Source of the DNA: Bacteroidota bacterium
GTDB lineage: Bacteria > Bacteroidota > Bacteroidia > Bacteroidales > UBA7332
DNA length: 64,000 bases
NCBI GenBank assembly: GCA_030706585.1
Contig: JAUZOF010000001.1
Coordinates: forward strand, 5,424 to 69,423
Reading direction: 5' to 3'
How positions within the stretch are numbered: the first letter of the stretch is position 1; each line of letters opens with the position of its first letter. Below are positions 38,492 through 46,658 of this stretch, piece by piece. The position numbers and the translations under genes are program-made. Below the pieces are notes generated by a model. It saw only the letters and a program-made list of their open reading frames with translations. It did no database searches and was not told the origin of the DNA.

Positions 38492-39502
38492 TTATTTTCC
38501 GATTAATTTTCCTGAAATATTTCCGGCAGCAGCTCCAGCAACACCACCGGCAATAGCACCTCCTTTTGATACGGTCGAGTTGACGGTACGCCCGAAATTT
38601 CCCATGCCTCCAGCCTGTATAATCCAGTTGGAAACAGACGGTACCGTAAAGTACCCGACAATTCCAATGATCATAAATATTATGTAAACAGTGTTTGAGG
38701 CGTCAATCGAGTAATTGGGATTATTCTGCAACTGGGATATGTCGTTTTGGAGCATCAACACCTGGATCTTGGCCAGTATGGAACTGAACATATCCGAGAC
38801 AGGTAACCAGAGGTAAACACTGACATAGCGGGCAATCCATTGGGTCATCGTTGCCTGAAATCCGTCATAGACAGATATGGCAAAGGAGATCGGCCCCAAT
38901 ATGGCCAACACGATCAGGTAAAACGTGCGTATCGTGTCGATAACCAGAGCTGCCGCCTGGAACAGTATCTCCAACAGCTCCCTGAACCAGTCCCGAAGTG
39001 ACTTCTTCATATTGTACATACCCCTCTCCACATACATCCCGGTCATGGTTGCCATATCTGCGGGTGACCATCCCAGGTCATCCAATTGCTTGTCGAACTC
39101 TTCATCGGAGACCAGATAAGCTGTTTCAGGACTGCGCATCATCGCTTCGTATTCCAGCTTGTCTTTTTGCTGCTGGTAAGCGTTCATGTCGAAGGTCTGT
39201 GTTTCCAACATCTGATGGGAGCCTTTCACCACCGGCGAGAGAATGGAATTAATGGTTCCAAGTACGATGGTAGGAAACAGCATGATACAAAAACCGATGG
39301 CAAAGGGACGTAACAGGGGATATACATCGATGGGTTCTGCACGGGAAAGTGTTTGCCATACCCGGGATGCAACATAGAAGAGAGCTCCCAGGCCTGCAAT
39401 CCCTTTGGCTACACCTGCCATATTCCCGCAAAGGGGCATCATCTCGGTGTAGAGATTCCGAAGGATCTGATGCAGGTTTTCAAAATCTACAGCCAGCATC
39501 AT
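38492..39502 (-). CDS. traJ: TraJ (VirB6-like)
   Basis: GIAGLGALFY, EPIDVYPLLRPF, LVIDTIRTF.L.VL.ILGP, YLWLPV. Confidence 0.96.
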   Translation of the reverse strand: MMLAVDFENLHQILRNLYTEMMPLCGNMAGVAKGIAGLGALFYVASRVWQTLSRAEPIDVYPLLRPFAIGFCIMLFPTIVLGTINSILSPVVKGSHQMLETQTFDMNAYQQQKDKLEYEAMMRSPETAYLVSDEEFDKQLDDLGWSPADMATMTGMYVERGMYNMKKSLRDWFRELLEILFQAAALVIDTIRTFYLIVLAILGPISFAISVYDGFQATMTQWIARYVSVYLWLPVSDMFSSILAKIQVLMLQNDISQLQNNPNYSIDASNTVYIIFMIIGIVGYFTVPSVSNWIIQAGGMGNFGRTVNSTVSKGGAIAGGVAGAAAGNISGKLIGK

Positions 39503-39504
39503 GG

Positions 39505-40134
39505 TTACCAGTATTTGTCGTTGGCACTTCCGTAAAGAGACATCACACGATCCGTGTCACCGGCCTTCTTTGCCCTTAAGTAGGAAACGGAGATGTTCTT
39601 GCGGGTGTAATAGGCAACCAGATTACGATGCTTTTTCAAACGGTCGTATACATCACTGATGATTGCCATGCGTTCGCTGTCGGTCATTGACAAACCGTTT
39701 ACGTTGACCACATCTTTTAGCTCCAGCAACATATCGGATGCTTCTTCCAACAGTTTGGCATATCCGAAAGCAATGGCACTTAACTCATCTGCCCGATAGT
39801 GGGAATCGGACAACATCTTTTGAAAATTAGTGACGTAAATATCGGAGATGTCCCCTACCAAAAGGATGGTATTCTGCACCTTCTTGGCATCTTTAACCAG
39901 ATCATGAACCGATTTGAGACCATCATAATATTCCTTTCCTTGCTGATAAATTTTTACCGTCTGTTCGAAATTCTTAATCATATTGGACGCTGTTGTGGAG
40001 GTCTCCACAACGTTACGGGTAGTATTGACAATGCTCTGAGCCAGATTGGTCGGGTCGGTCACTACAAACTGGGCGGATGAGTGCAGTGTGAAGAGCATAA
40101 AGCCCAAGCACAATAAAAAAGTTCGTATTTGCAT
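39505..40134 (-). CDS. traI: TraI (DUF4141)
   Basis: AQFVVTDPTNLAQ, ELSAIAFGY.KLL, LSMTD.ERM, YYTRKNISVSYLRA. Confidence 0.92.
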   Translation of the reverse strand: MQIRTFLLCLGFMLFTLHSSAQFVVTDPTNLAQSIVNTTRNVVETSTTASNMIKNFEQTVKIYQQGKEYYDGLKSVHDLVKDAKKVQNTILLVGDISDIYVTNFQKMLSDSHYRADELSAIAFGYAKLLEEASDMLLELKDVVNVNGLSMTDSERMAIISDVYDRLKKHRNLVAYYTRKNISVSYLRAKKAGDTDRVMSLYGSANDKYW

Positions 40135-40182
40135 ATTCGAAAGATTTTTGATTTTATTAAAAGTTCGTTTCAGTCTACAGGA

Positions 40183-41910
40183 TCAATAGTTGCTGTTCTT
40201 TTGATTGGTCAAGGACTTGATGAATATGTAATTGTTCTCATCGCTATCAAACGGACTTGTTCGATAGAAGTCGATGGAACTATCCATAAAGATGTATTTG
40301 CGTATGCTCGCATCTTGAGATCGGTCGAGCCTCATATTCAAAATAGATGTCAGGTCTGTCATTCGGTTCGTGGATACCATGGCATCACTCCAGTAGAAAA
40401 GGTGATAAAAATTATAACTGCTGTAGGGTGCGATACTCAAGGGAATTCCTGTGCAGGTTCTTGATCCCAAATTGGCACCATTGGAAGCTTGTGCCGCGTT
40501 GTAGGTAAAGGATAGAAAAACGTTCAGGTTGTATTCAGGGTAATAGATCATCCTTTGTCCGTCCTGAAAATAATATGGATTGATTTTGACGGAGCCATAT
40601 GCTAATGGCCCATCGCCCAGCACACCTAAACCCATACTGACAAATTTCACCTCCACATAGACATCCCGTGGAAGAAACCGGGCTTCCAATGTCCGTGATC
40701 CGGTCACGGTAAAAGTATAAGAGGAAGATGCTGAAACCTGTATTCCCCCGTCAAACCATCCGGCAAAATAATAGGACGGATATTCTGTAGCCGTGACGGT
40801 ACAGCTTTGACCGATCACGTACTCTCCGGCGCCACCCGTTGTCCCTCTTCCGGTTGTAGTAAGCGATATTAATGCTTTCTGCTGGGAGAACCGTGCTTCC
40901 AGATTGCGGTCCGCCAGGACATTGAAGGTGTAATCCTTGCTGGAGCTCACCAAAGTTCCCCCTTCAAACCATCCGTCACAGGAATAACCGGATGCAGCAA
41001 GGGCAGATACGATGACGGATTGTCCACAATCATAAATACCACCTCCACTGACCGTACCATTTGCACCGGCAGTGGTGTTTATCTTATATTTCAGACCGAA
41101 ATCAAAGAAATATTTCGTTCCCTCGGCCATTGCCAGATCATCCGAAGCTTTGTACTGCCGCTCCTGTCCGTCAATAGTAAAGGAAAACAATAAATTTCCA
41201 TTCTTCAATGTTTGTGCAGGTTGCAGGCTGCGGAAGACATAGATGCCGTCGCTTCCTCCATAGGAGTACATATTGATGGAATGCCCAATGTTACCGAGTG
41301 TTGAAACTGCCCCGGTCTGAAGGTTTAGTGTGGCATCGGGTACGATTCCGTTGATGCTGGCTGATGTCACGCTTTTCCCCGATCCGGCTTTGAACGTAGC
41401 TTGGACCATAGATAGTTTATGCTTGAAGCTCAAACTGATGGGACTACCCATTGCTCCCGATTCATTACTGGCCCAACACAGGTCATTTACTGAATAATTG
41501 ACGGTTTGGTCAGATGAAACACTGAAGTTGAAAGCAGTAACATCACTGATTCCTGATGTATAGGGATAATAGGCATAGTAGTCGAATACCGTTCCGTCTT
41601 CAAAATAGATTTTATCCGCATCACTGGCAGCCACGAATTGACTGCCGTCATAACGGAAGCGTTTGTTATCGGCAGCGTTACCCGATGAAAGTAACGTTCC
41701 CTTGTCGGATCCGATACGTTTAACAGCATAGATACCGATCTCATCCCCTGTTTTGAAATTTGTATCCGAGGCAGAGCTTTTCATGCTGGTAAAACTCACT
41801 TCTTTGCTCAGAGAGTGAGGTGGATCGGAAAGAAGTTCTTCAATGCCTTTTCCATCGCAAGCAAAAAGTGTAATGACAGAAGTTAGGTATAGTATTAGTC
41901 TAAATTTCAT
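40183..41910 (-). CDS. Fimbrillin (Mfa1-like) lipoprotein with two InlB-B/Flg_new-type repeats and a unique C-terminal domain; putative tip adhesin
   Basis: Lipobox LFAC; F..GD.IGIYAV, YYAYYPY, F.V..DQ, LSFKHKLS; two repeats G.Y..G....V.A....Y...GWF...YTF.V...R.LEARF. Confidence 0.85.
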   Translation of the reverse strand: MKFRLILYLTSVITLFACDGKGIEELLSDPPHSLSKEVSFTSMKSSASDTNFKTGDEIGIYAVKRIGSDKGTLLSSGNAADNKRFRYDGSQFVAASDADKIYFEDGTVFDYYAYYPYTSGISDVTAFNFSVSSDQTVNYSVNDLCWASNESGAMGSPISLSFKHKLSMVQATFKAGSGKSVTSASINGIVPDATLNLQTGAVSTLGNIGHSINMYSYGGSDGIYVFRSLQPAQTLKNGNLLFSFTIDGQERQYKASDDLAMAEGTKYFFDFGLKYKINTTAGANGTVSGGGIYDCGQSVIVSALAASGYSCDGWFEGGTLVSSSKDYTFNVLADRNLEARFSQQKALISLTTTGRGTTGGAGEYVIGQSCTVTATEYPSYYFAGWFDGGIQVSASSSYTFTVTGSRTLEARFLPRDVYVEVKFVSMGLGVLGDGPLAYGSVKINPYYFQDGQRMIYYPEYNLNVFLSFTYNAAQASNGANLGSRTCTGIPLSIAPYSSYNFYHLFYWSDAMVSTNRMTDLTSILNMRLDRSQDASIRKYIFMDSSIDFYRTSPFDSDENNYIFIKSLTNQKNSNY

Positions 41911-41933
41911 AAATTAAGCGTTTTAGATGTAAG

Positions 41934-41969
41934 AAAAAAGGAGGACGAAAAATCCCTTTCCGTCCTCCT
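41934..41969 (-). terminator. Intrinsic terminator directly after the major pilin gene, inside the tra operon
   Basis: Minus strand reads AGGAGGACGGAAA-GGGAT-TTTTCGTCCTCCT followed by a U-run. Confidence 0.8.
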
Positions 41970-41982
41970 GCGCTGACTTTGG

Positions 41983-42945
41983 TTAGAGAATGGGAGCAAC
42001 GGATCCTGTGATACCGGAAAGCCAATCTTCTATGGTCACATTGGTATCCAGTTTGAGTTCATGTCCTTGAATGGTTACCGTATAGGTGTTTTTTGTGCCG
42101 GCACCCCAGACTGTACCTGCCGGCACATCACAGGTATATACTTTGCCGTCAATGGTAAATTTCATTACGAGGTCTCCTGTTGCGCCGGAATTAGCAACAG
42201 GTAAAACCAACAGCTTCGGATAGGTTGACTCGTCGGTAGAAGCAGTCGTTGGAATGGTAAGCAGTCCTTCACTGTTCTCAATAGAGGCGGATGCATTTTG
42301 TCCGTTGGTATAGGTAATCGCCCCTTTGGCTATTTCCATTGTTCCGGCACTGTATAAGACTGTTTTCCCGGATTTGTTGGCAATCTCTATTTTGGTGAGT
42401 TGGCCTGTCCAAGGGAAATCTGTCTTGGAAAGTTTGAACTGGATCATGGACAGAGCATGCTTCATGGAGATGTTGACCGTAGAACTGAGCCGATTGACAC
42501 CGCTATTGTACTTGCCGTACATGTAATCGGTCTGGCTGGTATGATCTACCGGTATGGCATGCGCATCACTTGCTGATGCGTTATACGGATAGTAAGCATA
42601 CACATAGGCAGTAGTGCTGGTCAGCAGAACCGGAGGTGTCAGACTCCATGCTGATGATAGGTAGGTCGCTTTGACATTGGCACTATTATCCTTGGTGTCA
42701 TAATAATTATCCAAGGTATTGGGAGTGATGAATAATCCCAAAGACGCCCCGGACGGAAAAGCAGAAATTGTCCCGGCGGATACCAAACTCCGGCTGTTAT
42801 ATATGCCGGCTTCAACTTTTAATGATGATTGATCCGTACTGATTGAATCCGTCACCATGTCTTTGTCTTCTTTTGAACAACTGACTATGACGGTTGATAA
42901 AGCAACTGCTGTTGCGATACACAGTGTTTGTATTATAAGTCTCAT
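41983..42945 (-). CDS. Fimbrillin (type V pilus structural pilin) lipoprotein
   Basis: Lipobox IVSC, processing-site-like SR|S, VYAYYPY, TDYMYG, MKHALS, C-terminal donor strand TIEDW. Confidence 0.88.
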   Translation of the reverse strand: MRLIIQTLCIATAVALSTVIVSCSKEDKDMVTDSISTDQSSLKVEAGIYNSRSLVSAGTISAFPSGASLGLFITPNTLDNYYDTKDNSANVKATYLSSAWSLTPPVLLTSTTAYVYAYYPYNASASDAHAIPVDHTSQTDYMYGKYNSGVNRLSSTVNISMKHALSMIQFKLSKTDFPWTGQLTKIEIANKSGKTVLYSAGTMEIAKGAITYTNGQNASASIENSEGLLTIPTTASTDESTYPKLLVLPVANSGATGDLVMKFTIDGKVYTCDVPAGTVWGAGTKNTYTVTIQGHELKLDTNVTIEDWLSGITGSVAPIL

Positions 42946-43057
42946 AAAACTTGTTTTTTAATTGTTATCGATGATTGAACTACTCAGATCCTGTTCTCCA
43001 GTGCGCGCTACCGAAGGCCAGACCTGTTTTTTTATATTTAGGAAACTCCTATCGGAT

Positions 43058-43897
43058 TTATAATTCCAGATATCCCTGATTTACCAGATGCCAGTCGGCT
43101 AGATCGATGGTCATGCCTAATCCGGTCAAATGGATTTCCAGTGATAATTGGATGGCAGGTGCGGTAAAATTCTTGAAAACGTCTTTCAGGTCAATCGCTT
43201 GTGTAAAAATTGCGCCGTCAGACAATTGAAGAGACACCGTCATTGCATTGTTCGTACTGTTTATTCCGAAAACCTTCAGGTTGGTTGTAAAAGTGTTTCC
43301 TTGCAGCCGGAGGGATATAAAAGGCAGGGAGGCAAATTCTTTTTTCATTGTTCCTTCATACAGGTTGTACCCTGTGGATACACCTTCCAATTCTCCCGTC
43401 AAACCAATTAAATCACAGTTGATATTTTCCTTGATAACCACAAAGTCGATGTTGATCTGTTGAGTGCAGCATTTGGGTGAAAGCTGACAAAGAGTGGTTT
43501 CAAAGGGTTGAACCGTCACATCCGACTTTGCCACATAGAGCAGGGGTGCCTGTGTTGTATATGTTGTGTTGTCTTTGGAATAAACAGGTAAGCTTGCCTT
43601 ATTGTTTTCGATGGTTATTCCCATTGCCGGATTATAAGATAGTACGGTGTATTTTCCTGCCTTTACGGAAGACAAGAGGGTATCTCCCAGAAGGTCATAT
43701 GCCGTTTGCGGAACACCATCCAAGAGGAATACGGTTCTCATTTGTTTCGGAACTGCACTGCCTGTCGGTAGATTTTGCCAGTCGAAACGGACATTGACAT
43801 TGCCATGATAGGTGCACTTTTCAGAGAAATCTATCAGATTGCAGGAGGTCAGCAGGACTCCAAGGCAAAGAGAGGATATGATTTGTACTAATTTCAT
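43058..43897 (-). CDS. DUF5119 / FimB-Mfa2-like anchor pilin lipoprotein
   Basis: Lipobox LTSC, second Cys, V.VRFDW, G.Y.VL.YN, C-terminal IDLADW. Confidence 0.75.
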   Translation of the reverse strand: MKLVQIISSLCLGVLLTSCNLIDFSEKCTYHGNVNVRFDWQNLPTGSAVPKQMRTVFLLDGVPQTAYDLLGDTLLSSVKAGKYTVLSYNPAMGITIENNKASLPVYSKDNTTYTTQAPLLYVAKSDVTVQPFETTLCQLSPKCCTQQINIDFVVIKENINCDLIGLTGELEGVSTGYNLYEGTMKKEFASLPFISLRLQGNTFTTNLKVFGINSTNNAMTVSLQLSDGAIFTQAIDLKDVFKNFTAPAIQLSLEIHLTGLGMTIDLADWHLVNQGYLEL

Positions 43898-43912
43898 TGT
43901 GAATAGGTTTTG

Positions 43913-46111
43913 TTATTGAAAATCTTTATTCAGGTTGAACTCCTTGATCAGCTTGTTGATTTCCGGATCTAATCTTCCCCGGAAGCGTTTGGAGGGATCG
44001 AGTTTGACGGAATGTAGGTAACGTTTCACGGCCTCTTCAGTGTTTCCATTACGTGAAGCCAATACGGAGAGCAAGTATTCGCTATTGGCAGTTTCCACTT
44101 GACCCATCAGCAGGTTGCAGGCAGCCTGATTGTATCCGAGGCTCATCAGGCAAATGGCTGTATTGTAGTCGTTGTACTCGGTTAACACCTGCAAGGCGGT
44201 ACTGTATTTACGTTTGAGCATCAGCTTCATTCCTTTCGCATAGACTGTATCGGGTTCTGTGGTATGGATGGTGTCTTTGACCATTCCTTTGCGATGCACG
44301 TGGAAGATGAAATCAACCGCCCGCAGTTTTGGATACAACCTTTCCCGGATAGTCTTGTATTCCACAGGGTACGTTTGCCGTATCTCTGTCTCTTTTTTGT
44401 CGGGATCACCCGCCGAAGCGATTAGATTGAGTATTTGCTGTTTGTTTATACTAATGAGTGAGTCCTGGACCAATTCCGATAACCCTTGCCAGTCTTCCGC
44501 TTTGGAATACGAGCGCAGCATCTTGCCGATGCCTTCAATATCCGAAAGATTTTTAGCGAGATAGCCACGTATCGATTCTGCACGTTTTTTAGACAACATC
44601 AAATTGAACCGGAACAAACCTTCGGGGGAACAACCGGCCGATAGCGAGATGCTATCCATTACAAATTCTCCGGTCTTTGTCAATTGATTGGTCATTTCCT
44701 GTATTTTGCCGAGCTCTGCACGGTTATCTGCCAAGTCAATATCCATATCGGATTTGCCCGATCTGAATGTGATGTTTGCCCGAAGGGAAGAGGTCACTTT
44801 ACGCTCGATAATCTTGCGTAAATAGTGTGGCGTTGTATCCAGAAATTGTACCATGGACGATACGGTATAATTCAGCGTATCGGAATGTGGTAGGGCGAGA
44901 TTTTCGCCTTTGAAGGACCGGACATACCCGTCCAGAAAGACTTTCATCTGCCGGTTGTTTTCATCCGCCATCACCTCTTGCTTGTAATGGTATTCAAACT
45001 TTCCATTGCTGTAAATAACCGTGTCTAACCGTGCACGATCATTGCGGGGGAATTTTATCATTCGGCTAAAAGCAAGGTTCTTATTGTCGATCAGTTTCTG
45101 GTTGCGTGCAATGCGATTGCGTTTTAGAAACAGTTTTTTGATGGTGACTGAATCTTCTGAAGAAACCGGTTTGTAGGTATTGACATAGCCTTCCTCGTAT
45201 TTTGGCTTGCGGTATTTCCACGGGGTGTATTTGTAAGAAAAATCGCGAAGCAGATGGAACTCTGGCAGCAGGTTGACAATCTGCCAATACCGTTTGTCAT
45301 AAATTCCGGCTATATGTGTTGTATCCTGCTCAAAATAAACGAAGCGTTCTTTGATTCCGGGAATACCCATCACCTTCCTTAACCATTCCCTGTTACGGTA
45401 CATCTTGTCATTGAAAAGTGCATGACGCCGATTGATATTGTCAAGGTAGAGACGGTAGTTTACAAAATCCAGAGAATCTTTATATACCCGGTGTAATTCT
45501 GATTGGTTATACCTGTCGATATATTTTTTGTATGCCTTTGTCTTGACAAAATAAAAGTCGGACAAGCTGTCGGGAATTATTTTTGACAGGTACTTTGCAT
45601 ACTTGCCGTATTGCTTTTGTTGCAGGCGACCGAAATCCTTTCCGTTAATAACCACATCATCCAAATTGGAGAGGGTTCCGCCTTGCATCAAATGAGGAGT
45701 GAGGTTGAGTTGCCATTGACGGTTTATCAAATCTTCGGGAACTGATACTACAAAGTCAACATTCACTTTGCCGAACCGTTCGGGAATGCTTTTCATTCTG
45801 GCGGTAACTGTCACCTCCTTCAGGCGTACCGATATTTGAGAATTCCCGTGTTTGTCCCTCTCGATCCGGGCATGAAGCGTCTTCTTGCCGTTATCATCCG
45901 TTAGCTCCACGACAGAGGGTGAGTCATCCACCTTCTGTTTTTTCAGGATCGTGCTATCTTCTGCCGGCTCCACGGGTAAATGAATATTGGCACGTGAAGC
46001 AGTGCTTATTTGCCCAGAACGACAAGAAGCAACCATTGTAATGTTAATTGCCATGACCGGGATTATCCAAACGGTTGGATATTTTAATCGTTTTATTCTC
46101 ATATCCATCAA
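43913..46111 (-). CDS. Large putative lipoprotein with DUF3868-like, OmpA-like and TPR regions (pilus-associated)
   Basis: VASC lipobox-like; ITF..GKS.....LADN..EL, SPEG...FN..LS..RAES...YL, EDW.GL, YPKLR; TPR-like tail. Confidence 0.7.
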   Translation of the reverse strand: MMDMRIKRLKYPTVWIIPVMAINITMVASCRSGQISTASRANIHLPVEPAEDSTILKKQKVDDSPSVVELTDDNGKKTLHARIERDKHGNSQISVRLKEVTVTARMKSIPERFGKVNVDFVVSVPEDLINRQWQLNLTPHLMQGGTLSNLDDVVINGKDFGRLQQKQYGKYAKYLSKIIPDSLSDFYFVKTKAYKKYIDRYNQSELHRVYKDSLDFVNYRLYLDNINRRHALFNDKMYRNREWLRKVMGIPGIKERFVYFEQDTTHIAGIYDKRYWQIVNLLPEFHLLRDFSYKYTPWKYRKPKYEEGYVNTYKPVSSEDSVTIKKLFLKRNRIARNQKLIDNKNLAFSRMIKFPRNDRARLDTVIYSNGKFEYHYKQEVMADENNRQMKVFLDGYVRSFKGENLALPHSDTLNYTVSSMVQFLDTTPHYLRKIIERKVTSSLRANITFRSGKSDMDIDLADNRAELGKIQEMTNQLTKTGEFVMDSISLSAGCSPEGLFRFNLMLSKKRAESIRGYLAKNLSDIEGIGKMLRSYSKAEDWQGLSELVQDSLISINKQQILNLIASAGDPDKKETEIRQTYPVEYKTIRERLYPKLRAVDFIFHVHRKGMVKDTIHTTEPDTVYAKGMKLMLKRKYSTALQVLTEYNDYNTAICLMSLGYNQAACNLLMGQVETANSEYLLSVLASRNGNTEEAVKRYLHSVKLDPSKRFRGRLDPEINKLIKEFNLNKDFQ

Positions 46112-46113
46112 GA

Positions 46114-46647
46114 TTAAAACAGGTAGACGATTGAAAATCCCACCTTATTGGGTACTAGCATCCATCGGGTCAACTCGCCTCTCTTCCGGCCACACTCTTC
46201 GCATTCATACCGGACATAATCAGTCCACACATACCCAAAGCCACCTTCAATCTCCAAATTCCAGCGGGGAGACAATAACCAGGCATGTCCTACACTTAAT
46301 CCCATTCCGTATGCCTGTCCTTCGTATCGATTGTTGCCAAAGGTCAAATGATACTTTGACCCGATGGCATTCACCCCGGCGAACGTATTCACATATGATT
46401 CCAAGAGCCAGTAACGAACACCGGGCAGTAGCGTGAAGTTTTGTAATCTCTTATTGTCTTTGAATACGAACGGGTTGTAATAGACCGGCAGATGAGCTGA
46501 CCATTTTCGATTGAGCGTCATGCTGGCTTCCATGTTTAGTGTGGTAGTTCCTAAAGCAGGGATGTTTGTACCAAGTGAATAAAATTGGCCGTTTATCTCC
46601 GAGGTGAAGAGTATCGTTAATGCATAGATGAGTATAATTTTTTGCAT
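46114..46647 (-). CDS. DUF3575 outer-membrane beta-barrel protein
   Basis: Likely start MQKII at 46647; TN...L...TLN..., YNPF, PGVRYW, RYEG..YG.G.S.G, WNLE.E.G.G, C..CG, terminal VYLF. Confidence 0.88.
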   Translation of the reverse strand: MQKIILIYALTILFTSEINGQFYSLGTNIPALGTTTLNMEASMTLNRKWSAHLPVYYNPFVFKDNKRLQNFTLLPGVRYWLLESYVNTFAGVNAIGSKYHLTFGNNRYEGQAYGMGLSVGHAWLLSPRWNLEIEGGFGYVWTDYVRYECEECGRKRGELTRWMLVPNKVGFSIVYLF

Positions 46648-46658
46648 GTGTACAATGA

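Noticed and set aside
40135-41910. Diversity-generating retroelement or shufflon acting on the tip pilin
   Set aside because: No reverse transcriptase, template/variable repeat pair, recombinase or alternative C-terminal cassettes are visible; only 48 nt separate the gene from traI.
43005-43013. ops-like CGGTAGCGC on the minus strand (also at 32922-32930)
   Set aside because: Two copies of a 9-mer in 64 kb is weak evidence, and no NusG paralogue is in the window.
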